IMG/VR virus record: IMGVR_UViG_3300045581_000334
Location: 12,695-76,694 of that record
DNA length: 64,000 nt
From: a virus
Reading direction: 5' to 3' (one strand)
Part shown: in pieces, positions 49,002-58,547 of the stretch
How positions within the stretch are numbered: position 1 is the stretch's first letter
How the letters are laid out: the number at the start of each line of letters is the position of its first letter
The notes under the pieces: generated by a model
What the model was told of the DNA's origin: nothing
What the model saw: only the letters and a program-made list of their open reading frames with translations
Database searches by the model: none
Program-made: the position numbers and the translations under genes

Positions 49002-50456
49002 CTATCCGATTACTACTACTCTATACTCTCCAGCTGAAGGTGCTACAGCAAATTTAATAGTTACCGCCGACGTTGAAGTGTGTTCAACATCTGCTTCTAT
49101 TTGGGCATATGGAGAAGCAACCTCATAAATTTGAACAACAACATCTTTTGTGCCGAGGTTGTGTGTTACTGTATATGTTGTAGCTGATGTGCTAAGTGTT
49201 TCTTTATATTTTCTTGTTATCTCGTGATAGTTTGTTCCATCATTTGATAATGTCCACTGATCAGATGTTTCATTCCAAAGGATCTGTACATCGTCTTCTG
49301 TGCCTCTATGAACCTTTATGCCTGCATCTACAGAGGGAGCCTGAGTATGAGGCATATCGCTATTCAAATTAATTATATTGTCTGATATATTAACCTGAGT
49401 AGTATTTACAGAGTTAATAGAGCCTGTTACATTTAAGCTTCCATTAACTTGAAGGTTTCCGCCTATTGTTGTATCTCCAGTAACGTCTAACCCACCATTT
49501 AGGTCAGTAGATCCTGTTACTTCAAGATTGGATACTGCAGTAACTTCACCATTAAATGTGGCTGTGCCATCAACAACAATAGACGAATTGAATGTGGCTG
49601 CACCAGTTACGTCTAAAGTGCTTGCAAAGTCTGCTGCTCCTGTAACATCTAATGTTCCAGAAACATCTGAGTTTCCATTTAAATCGAGATTTCCATTAAT
49701 TTGAACATCATCATTAAATGTTGATGTTGAGTTGGCTGTAAATATTCCATTAACAGTAGAAGTAGAATTTGCTGTTACTGCACCATCAAATTGAGATGAT
49801 CCATCTACCTCTAAAGTAGAATCAAGTTTTACAGCTCCACCAACATCTAAAGTACCTGTTGTTATGTCAACATTTCCATTTAATGATGTATTTCCAGAAA
49901 CTGTAAGTGTATTATTTAGTGTTGTTGCGCCATCAACATCTAGTGTTGATTGTAATTCTGTTGCACCATCAACATGTAATGTGCTATTTAAGTTTGCAGA
50001 ACCATTTAATGTAGTTCCACCCGTAACTTCTAAAGTTCCGCCAATGTCTACATTGCCAGTTGTGTCTAATGTATCAGCATCAATATTTGTTACATTAAGT
50101 TGCGATGGAAGAGAAAGGGTTGCATCTCCATTAGCAGCTTTTGTAACAGTAATTTGATTTGCTGTGCCAATAATATCGGCAACATCATGCTTATGATCAG
50201 CATGTGCAACATAAGGTGAAGATCCATGACTTACAGAATCTCCAAATTTTATTCTAGTTGTATAATTACTATCTCCAAAATCACCAGAGGCTGTTAGCCA
50301 TTCTGTTCCATTCCAAAAATATAAAAGATTATCGTTTGAGTTATAATAAATTTGACCAGTAACTGGATTGCTTGGTGCAGTTCCTAAGTTCTGGATTCTG
50401 GCATTGAGTAGTTCATTCTTATTTAGGTCAATGCTAACCAAAAATTTTCTTGCCAT
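49002..50456 (-). CDS. Fibre protein with beta-helix-like repeats
   Basis: 12-aa LxVxG repeats; THNLGT C-terminal motif. Confidence 0.75.
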   Translation of the reverse strand: MARKFLVSIDLNKNELLNARIQNLGTAPSNPVTGQIYYNSNDNLLYFWNGTEWLTASGDFGDSNYTTRIKFGDSVSHGSSPYVAHADHKHDVADIIGTANQITVTKAANGDATLSLPSQLNVTNIDADTLDTTGNVDIGGTLEVTGGTTLNGSANLNSTLHVDGATELQSTLDVDGATTLNNTLTVSGNTSLNGNVDITTGTLDVGGAVKLDSTLEVDGSSQFDGAVTANSTSTVNGIFTANSTSTFNDDVQINGNLDLNGNSDVSGTLDVTGAADFASTLDVTGAATFNSSIVVDGTATFNGEVTAVSNLEVTGSTDLNGGLDVTGDTTIGGNLQVNGSLNVTGSINSVNTTQVNISDNIINLNSDMPHTQAPSVDAGIKVHRGTEDDVQILWNETSDQWTLSNDGTNYHEITRKYKETLSTSATTYTVTHNLGTKDVVVQIYEVASPYAQIEADVEHTSTSAVTIKFAVAPSAGEYRVVVIG

Positions 50457-50468
50457 TTTTCACTCCCT

Positions 50469-50903
50469 TTAAGACAGATGTGCTGTCCCTGAAAACGGCT
50501 GTGCCATTATCAGTGTAATTGTATTAAGACTATTATAGTCTATTCCCGTTTCTAATATGTCGCCAGAGCTAGACTTAACTGTTACATTTGGGTGGAACCC
50601 TAAATTATGGGATATAGCTATTTTATAAACATCCCCATCTAACACCAATTGAGCCATTTCCCATGAGGCTGTCAAGGATATCTGCTTATCTAAAATAAAG
50701 CTATTAGATATATTCCAAGTATTTGTAGAAGAATCTTTAGGACCCCAGAATCTAGTAGTGGTTTTATCAAAATAGAAGTCTCCAGGAACCCCAAGAGAAT
50801 TGGATGGGTTTCCCTCTCCGCTAATAATTGTTCGTCCTGGTGCACCAGAAGCCCTGACAACTACTAAGGGGTTATCTTCGTTTACTATTAACCGTGTTCC
50901 CAT
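50469..50903 (-). CDS. Small structural protein
   Basis: GDFYFD...WGPK and SHNLG motifs. Confidence 0.65.
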   Translation of the reverse strand: MGTRLIVNEDNPLVVVRASGAPGRTIISGEGNPSNSLGVPGDFYFDKTTTRFWGPKDSSTNTWNISNSFILDKQISLTASWEMAQLVLDGDVYKIAISHNLGFHPNVTVKSSSGDILETGIDYNSLNTITLIMAQPFSGTAHLS

Positions 50904-51247
50904 TAAATTGTCACCGCTCTATTTAAAGTCATATATCCTTCTAAAAGTCTTGTCTTATTTACACTTGGGTCAATTAAAATTAAATCATATGCTGATTTTG
51001 GATAAAACATTTTATTAGTTCTGTCTGCTGATATAGAAATTGAAAGTTTTCCTTCTGTAGGGCTTATTGTTATTCCGTCGGATTCTGTTAATGTAAAAGC
51101 TATTTTTTTTCCACCCTGAGTATCTCTTACCTGCATTTTTGCTGTATGAAAATTAAGCTGTATCGGGTTCTCATCTTCATCAAGATATTGAACCTCAAAA
51201 TTAAAAGTTGCATTTTGATCAACTTGAAAATTTTTCTGTGCAGCCAT
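50903..51247 (-). CDS. BppU-N-like baseplate/fibre adaptor
   Basis: DQNATF...AKMQVR...YDL...TRLLEG. Confidence 0.65.
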   Translation of the reverse strand: MAAQKNFQVDQNATFNFEVQYLDEDENPIQLNFHTAKMQVRDTQGGKKIAFTLTESDGITISPTEGKLSISISADRTNKMFYPKSAYDLILIDPSVNKTRLLEGYMTLNRAVTI

Positions 51248-51318
51248 TTAGTACCCCTAAAATAGGAAAACTCCCATGCTCAATTTTAGCATAGGAGTAA
51301 TCCTAATCAACTACTTAA

Positions 51319-51546
51319 TTATGCCTTCTTTGTAAATCCAAAACTTGGCTCGTTTGGATTTAATGCCTTTAAAATAACTGGCAAGCAGGCTGCTATACCA
51401 CCCTTAATTAAATCTCCTGGGTCTGTGTTACCAGTCATGTATAGAGCAATAGCGGCACCTAAAAAGTGACGACCATAGCTTGCTAACGCTGCTAGAATTT
51501 TTTCTTGCATTGTTACCTTTCCATCATTATTAAGATCTTCTTTCAT
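51319..51546 (-). CDS. Putative holin
   Basis: Small protein with two hydrophobic segments and LNPNEPSFG C-terminus. Confidence 0.6.
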   Translation of the reverse strand: MKEDLNNDGKVTMQEKILAALASYGRHFLGAAIALYMTGNTDPGDLIKGGIAACLPVILKALNPNEPSFGFTKKA

Positions 51547-51615
51547 TAAAGACCTCCTTATTTCTGGGTCTTGTACCCAGGAATTTTGGGTGTTAACCCA
51601 ATATTAATTGTACCA

Positions 51616-53550
51616 CTAAGCCGAAATATCTACAATTTCACAATTACCGTCAGAAGTGCAAGCAAGGGTCTGAGTTCCGCTAGTTCCATCTTCTGTTTCA
51701 TAAAATGATAAATCTTCCCATCTAATAGACTTTGGCATTTTTGCAAGAAGCTCTTCGTATTCTTCTTTTGTTACTTCTTGATATGGAGCTTGTTTATATG
51801 AATGATCTGAGTGCGGTAGGAATGAGATTCCAGACACTTCATCAAAATGCTTATATACCCAAGCACCTACTTCCATCCATTCTTCTTCTTTAACAGATAC
51901 AGTAATTGATGGTTTATGTTCACACCAGGAACGTTGATAAACAAGCCAAGTATTTAAATGATCAATTGCAGTTAAATCGTCTCGAACAATAGCGCCTTCT
52001 GGTGCTTTTACTGGAAACGAGAAAACGTATGTATCGTTTGGCTTCATGAAATCGTCTTCTACTGGAATTCCAACTTCTTTTAGAAATGTTGATAATGGAT
52101 CTTTTTTATCACCACGAACTGTACGAATATAGTATTCAGAATGCCATGCATGCATTCCAGAAGATACTCCTACAAGTTGGGACACCGTTCCAGATGGCTT
52201 AACACAAGTAATTGCGGCAGACTCGTTAATTCCAATTCTATCTGCTTCTGCTTTATTAATAAATCTTGCAACATCCCTAATATCTTCTAAAAACTTTCCA
52301 AGCTTTGTCAAATCTTCTTTTCCAGACATAAACTTATGTCCAAACTGACCTGTTAGAGAAACTCCTAATAGTCTTTCTTCTTCAGTATTGTCTTTCCAAA
52401 TTTTACGAAGATATTTGAAATCTGTGAGGGTTGACTGCCACGTTCCAAGAACTGTTGCCAACTTTACCTTATTCTCAATATCCTTTAATGAATCATTTTC
52501 ACGAATTACAACTTCGGATAAATTACAGAACTGATAAGGGCGAAGGATAATTTCTGAGCATGGGTTAGTTCCATAGTGGATTTCTGGATCTCTGCGTCCC
52601 CATCTTGCTGCTTGCTTTTGAGCAGCGGCAACATTGTATATGCCACGCTCACCTGATTTTGAGTCATATAAATTTTTCCATTCCGCAATAAACTGCTCCA
52701 TTTCTGGTTTGCGAGAATATGCTACTGAATTATTTGATAGTGCTCGTTGTGTGTTATTTTCCCACCAGTTACCAGACTTTGCTGCAGCCATTTCAATGTC
52801 ATTAATATTGGACAAAGAAATCATTGCAGACCTTCGGACTCCGCCAACAACTACAACTTCGCCTATCTTACACATTATATCGTGTGCCTCAATAGGCTTC
52901 AACTGGCGACCTGCTGCTGACTTAAACTTTGCAATAGTAAAATCAAAAAGATTAATCAATGGCTGAGGTCCAGAAGATCTTCCACCCATTGTCTTAAGAC
53001 GTGCACCTGCTGGACGAAGCTTAGATACATCTACAGATGGAATCTGTCCTGCCCATAGCATTGCAAGAAGTTCACGATATGCTTTTGCCCAACCAGTTTT
53101 AGAGTCTTCTACTACAATTGTCGTAGTAGATTTCTCAAATGATTCTGGAACGGCAGGTAGCTTATTAACATACTTGTATTCTACTGAGAACCCAACACCA
53201 GTTCCACACATTAAGATATACATAGTTTCATCAAACGATCTTGGCGAATCAACTGGAACAAATGAGCAGTTGTATCCTGCTACATGATCTCTGTCGAGGG
53301 CAGCACCAGCAGTCATTACTGCTCTCATTGATGGCATAACATTTCTGTCGTATACTGCTTCTTTTAATTCGTCTACAAGTTTTTTATCTGGTGAATAGTT
53401 AAAGTTTTTCTGTAGGTGGCTTAACATAAAATCAAAATATCGGTCTACAGTTTCTCCCCATTTTTCACGACGGTTCTCATCTGGTATCCATCTTGCATAT
53501 CTAGATAATGCAATAAAATTTTCATAGGGGTTTTCAATAACTTTCGACAT
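51616..53550 (-). CDS. nrdJ: Adenosylcobalamin-dependent class II ribonucleotide reductase
   Basis: YNCS, GGVRRSA, TNPCSEI, VKPSGTVS and a C-terminal Cys pair; no small subunit nearby. Confidence 0.93.
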   Translation of the reverse strand: MSKVIENPYENFIALSRYARWIPDENRREKWGETVDRYFDFMLSHLQKNFNYSPDKKLVDELKEAVYDRNVMPSMRAVMTAGAALDRDHVAGYNCSFVPVDSPRSFDETMYILMCGTGVGFSVEYKYVNKLPAVPESFEKSTTTIVVEDSKTGWAKAYRELLAMLWAGQIPSVDVSKLRPAGARLKTMGGRSSGPQPLINLFDFTIAKFKSAAGRQLKPIEAHDIMCKIGEVVVVGGVRRSAMISLSNINDIEMAAAKSGNWWENNTQRALSNNSVAYSRKPEMEQFIAEWKNLYDSKSGERGIYNVAAAQKQAARWGRRDPEIHYGTNPCSEIILRPYQFCNLSEVVIRENDSLKDIENKVKLATVLGTWQSTLTDFKYLRKIWKDNTEEERLLGVSLTGQFGHKFMSGKEDLTKLGKFLEDIRDVARFINKAEADRIGINESAAITCVKPSGTVSQLVGVSSGMHAWHSEYYIRTVRGDKKDPLSTFLKEVGIPVEDDFMKPNDTYVFSFPVKAPEGAIVRDDLTAIDHLNTWLVYQRSWCEHKPSITVSVKEEEWMEVGAWVYKHFDEVSGISFLPHSDHSYKQAPYQEVTKEEYEELLAKMPKSIRWEDLSFYETEDGTSGTQTLACTSDGNCEIVDISA

Positions 53551-53705
53551 ATAGCACCTTTTCTCCGCCTTGCGGTTTATTTTAAAATTAGTAAGAAGAT
53601 AATTCTACCAAAGAAAAATCTAGAAGGGAAGTAGTTTGATTGTTTTTATAGTAAATAAACTATAACATTATTAGTTAACTATAAATATTTTTTTAGTCAA
53701 CTAAC

Positions 53706-53735
53706 TTGACATATATTATAAAACAATGTTATTAT
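53706..53735 (+). promoter_or_regulatory. Sigma70-type promoter TTGACA-N18-TATTAT
   Basis: Upstream of the GGAGG RBS of the transglycosylase gene. Confidence 0.55.
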
Positions 53736-53768
53736 TATAGTCCGTTATCTCTAATGGAGGAAATGCCA

Positions 53769-54326
53769 ATGGAGAATATAAAAGAAAAACTTAGTGATGT
53801 AATACATCATTATGTTGCAATAGCGGTTGGTTTAATGTTTTTATTTTCTGGTACGCCAGTTATTAACATTCCGCCCGCCGAAGCTCTGCCCGCAAAGGTG
53901 GAGTCTAAGACAGAAGCACAACTGAAAAGAGAAACGCTGGAAAAATTCAGCAATACTGTATACAAACCTTCGGAAATGTTAACAGATAAAGAGCTAATAA
54001 AACTTTTACAATCTGTTGGTTTTGAAGGAAGCGCCCTTAAAATGGCGTGGGCCATTGCCAAAGCGGAGTCCAATGGACGCCCTATGGCATACAATGGCAA
54101 CAGGAATACTGGAGACAGTTCCTACGGAATTTTTCAGATCAATATGCTGGGAACTCTTGGCACAGATCGTAAAGAGAAATTCGAATTGAGATCAAATGTA
54201 CTATTATTTGATCCAGTCATAAACGCAGAGATAACGTATTATATGACTCAAGGCGGAAAGAATTGGTCATCATGGCCAAATTCTATACCAAAAGCAAAGA
54301 AATTGATTACTCAATTTCCAAAGTAG
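53769..54326 (+). CDS. Secreted/membrane-anchored lytic transglycosylase (SLT-like)
   Basis: N-terminal hydrophobic segment; AIAKAES, SYGIFQIN, LFDP..NA and WSSW. Start chosen behind GGAGG. Confidence 0.85.
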   Translation: MENIKEKLSDVIHHYVAIAVGLMFLFSGTPVINIPPAEALPAKVESKTEAQLKRETLEKFSNTVYKPSEMLTDKELIKLLQSVGFEGSALKMAWAIAKAESNGRPMAYNGNRNTGDSSYGIFQINMLGTLGTDRKEKFELRSNVLLFDPVINAEITYYMTQGGKNWSSWPNSIPKAKKLITQFPK

Positions 54327-54354
54327 TTAGGAGATAAATATTAAGATACAGATA

Positions 54355-54546
54355 GTGTCTAAATATTTAACTCTCGCAAGAGAGGGTCTTGTTCCACAGA
54401 TGGATTGCCCACTGGACCAAGGCCTTCTTTTTGCAAATGAGGACGGGGAAGAACAAATATTTGTATACTGCCTTTCCTGTGACTATAAAAAATATATTGG
54501 AATTCACCTTTATAAAAATATGGAAGGTTTAATAAATGGAAAGTAA
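54355..54546 (+). CDS. Zn-ribbon hypothetical protein
   Basis: CPLD...CLSC. Confidence 0.6.
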   Translation: MSKYLTLAREGLVPQMDCPLDQGLLFANEDGEEQIFVYCLSCDYKKYIGIHLYKNMEGLINGK

Positions 54547-54730
54547 GTTTAATAAAGATTTAGTTCTAAATTTGTCTATGGTAATTCCATGTGTTCATAT
54601 ACCTAGAAGCTTTATTGCTGAAAAAGCAATTAATTATTTTGTTACATATTTAGAAAAGGCGAAATCTGAAGGCAAGACCATAGAAGAAATTTTGACTGAC
54701 ATAAATGCAGTAGAACAAAACAATGGATGA
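54536..54730 (+). CDS. Hypothetical protein
   Basis: Overlapping, operon-like arrangement. Confidence 0.55.
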   Translation: MESKFNKDLVLNLSMVIPCVHIPRSFIAEKAINYFVTYLEKAKSEGKTIEEILTDINAVEQNNG

Positions 54731-54935
54731 GCCACAAAATTTAGAAGATAACCTGCCTATGGTTAACTATATTATGCTTCATAGAATATACGATGTTTTA
54801 ATGCTAGTAGCTAATTCTTTAGCAAAAGATGAAGACTCTAGACTTCAAATATCCAAAATGGTAGAATATCACAAAGAAGGATTTTTGCTGGGACCCTCCC
54901 CAGCATTTAGAGCGGAAGAGGATAAGAATGACTAG
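54723..54935 (+). CDS. Hypothetical protein
   Basis: Overlapping, operon-like arrangement. Confidence 0.6.
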   Translation: MDEPQNLEDNLPMVNYIMLHRIYDVLMLVANSLAKDEDSRLQISKMVEYHKEGFLLGPSPAFRAEEDKND

Positions 54936-55116
54936 AGACGAAGTTGTAGCAATTATGACTGAAACCTTTAATGAAAGTAATAAGGGTATGGCGTTACAAG
55001 CTGGCATGTCTGAAGAAGAAGTTGCTAAGCTTATTGACCAAAGTACTCCTTCAATTAATTTTTCTTTAGGTTTAGTTTATGATGCTTTAGTTCAAAAAGA
55101 TATTATAAAACAATAA
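54928..55116 (+). CDS. Hypothetical protein
   Basis: GAGGA RBS; overlaps the previous gene. Confidence 0.6.
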   Translation: MTRDEVVAIMTETFNESNKGMALQAGMSEEEVAKLIDQSTPSINFSLGLVYDALVQKDIIKQ

Positions 55117-55135
55117 AAAGTGGTATAATTATTAT

Positions 55136-55288
55136 ATGCCAAGAAACTTTGCCAAAAGAATTTATGGGCCATACTTTCCATATAATCATGGCTCAAAGCA
55201 CCAGCCTGGTGAAAATGGCAAGCAGGACCTAGAGTCTAAAATAGAGCTAGCCTGGTTTAAATTAATATCTGTATTTAAAAAGAAGTAG
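55136..55288 (+). CDS. 50-aa hypothetical protein (leaderless)
   Basis: TGGTATAAT-N6-ATG; MPRNFAKRIYGPYF...FKKK. Confidence 0.55.
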   Translation: MPRNFAKRIYGPYFPYNHGSKHQPGENGKQDLESKIELAWFKLISVFKKK

Positions 55289-55319
55289 CACGGGTCGAGC
55301 AAGTCTCCCCTTGTTATAG

Positions 55320-55355
55320 AATATCCCAATCGGATCCGCCTCTGATTGGGATATT
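55320..55355 (+). terminator. Hairpin / probable terminator
   Basis: AATATCCCAATC...GATTGGGATATT inverted repeat. Confidence 0.55.
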
Positions 55356-55387
55356 TGCTATAATAGTCAATATCACTTAAGGAGGAT

Positions 55388-55657
55388 ATGCATATGTCAG
55401 AAAATTATTTTCAAGATACAGACAATAAGGAATTACAGTCTAAGTATATGATAAGTCTTGTAGAAGGCCTTGTTGAAGAAAAAGGACTTGTCGTAAGCCC
55501 TGAAGAAAAAAATGAAGTTGGTATTAAGCTTAGCATGGAGTGGGAAGAAGGAAAGACTGACTTAGATAAGTCTGATATTCTTTTTGAAAAATTTGGAACA
55601 GAAGAGGAAAAAGCAGCTTACGCAGCTTGGAAGACAGAAAAAGCCAACAAGGGATAA
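55388..55657 (+). CDS. Acidic hypothetical protein
   Basis: AAGGAGG RBS. Confidence 0.65.
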   Translation: MHMSENYFQDTDNKELQSKYMISLVEGLVEEKGLVVSPEEKNEVGIKLSMEWEEGKTDLDKSDILFEKFGTEEEKAAYAAWKTEKANKG

Positions 55658-55660
55658 TAA

Positions 55661-56314
55661 ATGACATTCTTGAAAAAAGAATTAGTCGAAGCTGGATTTA
55701 ATCCATCCGAGCCAGTTGAAGGCATACTGGTAGTAGAAAATTTTATATCCGAACAAGAACTCGAACAGTTTTGGGATATCATAAATACAACACCAGAAGA
55801 TGATTGGTATATACATTACAGAAACCAGCTTAAAACTTTTTGCATGGAAAAGTTTGGTAGAGACGATGTAGAAAATCTTGTAAAAGAAGGAAAATATGAA
55901 ATCACACAAGGGTGGGATGACAAAAATCTTCATATAAGCAAGTACAAGATATCTATGGTTGTTACAGAAAGATTATTAAACTTAGTTAAAAAAGTAAATC
56001 CAGAACTACATCTGTCATTTGGAATATTTCAAAGAATGCAAGAAGGAGTGGAGTTAAAAGCTCACACAGATCAACATACTGACCCAAGCATATTTTTTGC
56101 AGCCGTTTTATACTTAAATGATGATTATGTTGACGGAGAAGTTTTTTGGCCAAATAAAAACTTATCATTAAGGCCTAAGCCTGGAACCTTAATAATGTTC
56201 CCTGGAACAGATGAATACAATCATGGAGTTAAGCATGTAGGTAAAGGCCCAATTAGATATGTTATGCCAGCATTTATAAAAGAAGTTGGCTTTTACGAAA
56301 GAAACAAATACTAA
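55661..56314 (+). CDS. 2OG-Fe(II) oxygenase (prolyl 4-hydroxylase-like)
   Basis: HTD...YLNDDYVDGEV...HGV...RY. Confidence 0.88.
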   Translation: MTFLKKELVEAGFNPSEPVEGILVVENFISEQELEQFWDIINTTPEDDWYIHYRNQLKTFCMEKFGRDDVENLVKEGKYEITQGWDDKNLHISKYKISMVVTERLLNLVKKVNPELHLSFGIFQRMQEGVELKAHTDQHTDPSIFFAAVLYLNDDYVDGEVFWPNKNLSLRPKPGTLIMFPGTDEYNHGVKHVGKGPIRYVMPAFIKEVGFYERNKY

Positions 56315-57153
56315 GGATTTTCTTTCATGTATCTAGCAGTAAAATAAATAAGATTTTCTCTTTCCTTTTCAGAATAAGAGTTAAACAAAACCTCTTTAAT
56401 TCCATCAGATTCTAGTTTTTTTATGAAAACATCAAAGTCTTCGTAAGTAAAATATTCTGTGTCTGCGGTAAATCTTTCTCTATCTAAATATTCGGTTCCG
56501 TAATAACTTCTTCGTGAAATATTTTGCGGAAATTCAGAGTCTATTTCCTCTTGTGTATTTCTAATTATTGGAGATACGGCTAGCATAATTTTTTTACCCT
56601 GAATATCTAACTTTTGCCCTGGGATAACTTGCCCATCATCTTTTCTAAAATCAAAGTAACCCTTTTTATAGTCACGATATGGAAGTATTATTTTATTATC
56701 GTAAGATGCGGCTGCATTAAATGAATATGGATTAGTGCAAGATACATAAAAATCCAATTCCGTTTTCATAGAGTTAAGGGAGTCCAAATACTGTATCAAA
56801 TAATTGACTCTGTCCTTCACAGAGGACTTATCATTGACCTCCCCTAGTATTCCCCCAAAATCTACCTCATCGGGCTTTATATGGCCTGCTATGAGGTTTA
56901 CCTGTAATCTACCAGGAGCTATCTTATCAATACTTTGGGCTATCATAGATAAATATTGAGGTGAGATTGTATGTGGACGAATAGCGATCAAGTACTTTAT
57001 CTTTTTTGACTTATCCATGTTGTCGACCATCCAAGTAAACACGTCGCCCTGGTGTGGAACATAAGTAAATAAAACACCTTTAAATCCTAAATCATCTAAA
57101 TTAGTCATTTGATTTTTATCATGTAAGCTACCACCGAAATAATAAAATATCAT
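56311..57153 (-). CDS. Luciferase-like flavin monooxygenase family protein (SsuD-like, shortened)
   Basis: KYLIAIRP..ISPQYL...SIDKIAPGRLQVNLIAG. Confidence 0.75.
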   Translation of the reverse strand: MIFYYFGGSLHDKNQMTNLDDLGFKGVLFTYVPHQGDVFTWMVDNMDKSKKIKYLIAIRPHTISPQYLSMIAQSIDKIAPGRLQVNLIAGHIKPDEVDFGGILGEVNDKSSVKDRVNYLIQYLDSLNSMKTELDFYVSCTNPYSFNAAASYDNKIILPYRDYKKGYFDFRKDDGQVIPGQKLDIQGKKIMLAVSPIIRNTQEEIDSEFPQNISRRSYYGTEYLDRERFTADTEYFTYEDFDVFIKKLESDGIKEVLFNSYSEKERENLIYFTARYMKENP

Positions 57154-57204
57154 ATATAGATCCTAATAAGTGAAAAAAGTGCGGCGGCGGAAGTGAGCCG
57201 AAAA

Positions 57205-57336
57205 TTAGAAGAACTCATCATTCCATTTAATCTCTGGGCCAAATATATATTCTTGAGGAGTCCATGATCCCATATCAATCTTGGCCACATATATCATCAA
57301 TGTTGTTGTATTTACGTAATACACTAATATCACCAT
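57205..57336 (-). CDS. 43-aa hypothetical protein
   Basis: Overlaps the stop of 57330..57521; MVILVYYVNTT...WNDEFF. Confidence 0.35.
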   Translation of the reverse strand: MVILVYYVNTTTLMIYVAKIDMGSWTPQEYIFGPEIKWNDEFF

Positions 57337-57521
57337 TTCCCCAAGGGACATGTGGCATCTTTTAATTTAGCCTTCAAAGGCATAATACAGCCACATTCCT
57401 TGCATTGTTGTGTTAATTGTATCAAACTAGGACATGTATCGCAAATGTCGAGTCTATATGTATATAGTTCTTCTTCTGATCTTTTTTTATTTGGATTGAA
57501 TAGGTCCCAAGGTTTTACCAT
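57330..57521 (-). CDS. Cys-rich small protein, paralogue of 45918..46205
   Basis: RLDICDTCP...CKECGCIMPLKAKLKDATCPLGKW. Confidence 0.75.
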   Translation of the reverse strand: MVKPWDLFNPNKKRSEEELYTYRLDICDTCPSLIQLTQQCKECGCIMPLKAKLKDATCPLGKW

Positions 57522-57708
57522 TATTCCCGCCTTTTTCTTTACTATATATAGTATATATTATATAGTGATATCTGGGGATATTAGATTTTAGGAAAGCCCC
57601 CCTTTCCCCCCAATTGTAAAAATTACAAAAGAGAGATAAGGAGGTTTATTTGTAGCTACATCTGGTACATATTGAGTTTCAGTGTAAGCCCCCCACAAAC
57701 CGATCTAA

Positions 57709-57738
57709 AGTATAGCATTGTAAAAATACTGATGTCAA
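57709..57738 (-). promoter_or_regulatory. Strong promoter TTGACA-N18-TATACT (extended -10)
   Basis: Near-consensus -35 and -10, about 190 nt upstream of the next ORF. Confidence 0.65.
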
Positions 57739-57754
57739 TAGTTATTTTAGTCGA

Positions 57755-58384
57755 CTATATTTTAGTGTACTGCATATTTAAATATAATTCATAACAATCT
57801 TTTAAAGTTTTATCGTCGAAATTTTTTATGTATTCTTCTATTGCCAATCTTGCTTCTGTTTTTTCTCTTGGCATATGTCCATCATGAGAACTCATTAAAT
57901 TTTCTGCTCTTACAGGACCAGGTTGATTAAACATTTCTTTTTCTATCTGATCATAGATATCTTCAAAGGAATTATTTATTGGTAATAGCTCTAAATCAAA
58001 AAATTTTGCTATCTTTTTTAATTCAGCTATAGGATCTTGTATATAGGTTTCAAAGTGACCTACATAGATGTTGTCAAAATTTTCTTTTGCTTTTTCAATG
58101 TAGTGTATGTATTCTTTTGCTGCAGATATGATATCGTTCTTTATTCCCGCCGAATTCGAGTATGTTGGTAGCTCTATATTAGAATCAACTCTTCTTTTCA
58201 CAACCAGAGAAGGGATGCAGTCATATGGATTTCTAAAAAATACAACCTGTTTCTTTGTTTTATCTGAATATAGCTCAGGGTTATGATTTGTTGTAGTAGG
58301 GAAATTTATCATTTTACCAGCCAAAAAGGATGAGAACACATTAGCTGATCTATAGTATGAATTAAATATTAATGGATCTGTCAT
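57755..58384 (-). CDS. Sulfotransferase-like protein
   Basis: SYYRSAN, VFFRNPYDCIPS and FE..IQDP..ELKKIAKFFDL. Confidence 0.7.
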   Translation of the reverse strand: MTDPLIFNSYYRSANVFSSFLAGKMINFPTTTNHNPELYSDKTKKQVVFFRNPYDCIPSLVVKRRVDSNIELPTYSNSAGIKNDIISAAKEYIHYIEKAKENFDNIYVGHFETYIQDPIAELKKIAKFFDLELLPINNSFEDIYDQIEKEMFNQPGPVRAENLMSSHDGHMPREKTEARLAIEEYIKNFDDKTLKDCYELYLNMQYTKI

Positions 58385-58531
58385 GTATTTATTATACCAC
58401 CGCCATATATTCTAGTCGACTACAATTTAGATTTCTAAAAATGTTAATATAGATTTTTTATGTATGATGCACTACTTAGCGAAATCGGACATTTCGGATA
58501 GTGCGCCCATTATTGTGATGTATCTCACTAA

Positions 58532-58547
58532 TGTTTCATGTGAAACA
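58532..58547. promoter_or_regulatory. parS-like site
   Basis: TGTTTCATGTGAAACA, one mismatch to the parS consensus TGTTTCACGTGAAACA. Confidence 0.5.

Noticed and set aside
51616-53550. Intein or intron in nrdJ
   Set aside because: Length (644 aa) and motifs are continuous, with no insertion.
55286-55360. Possible tRNA after the 55136 gene
   Set aside because: No cloverleaf or TTCGA T-loop could be built; only a simple hairpin.
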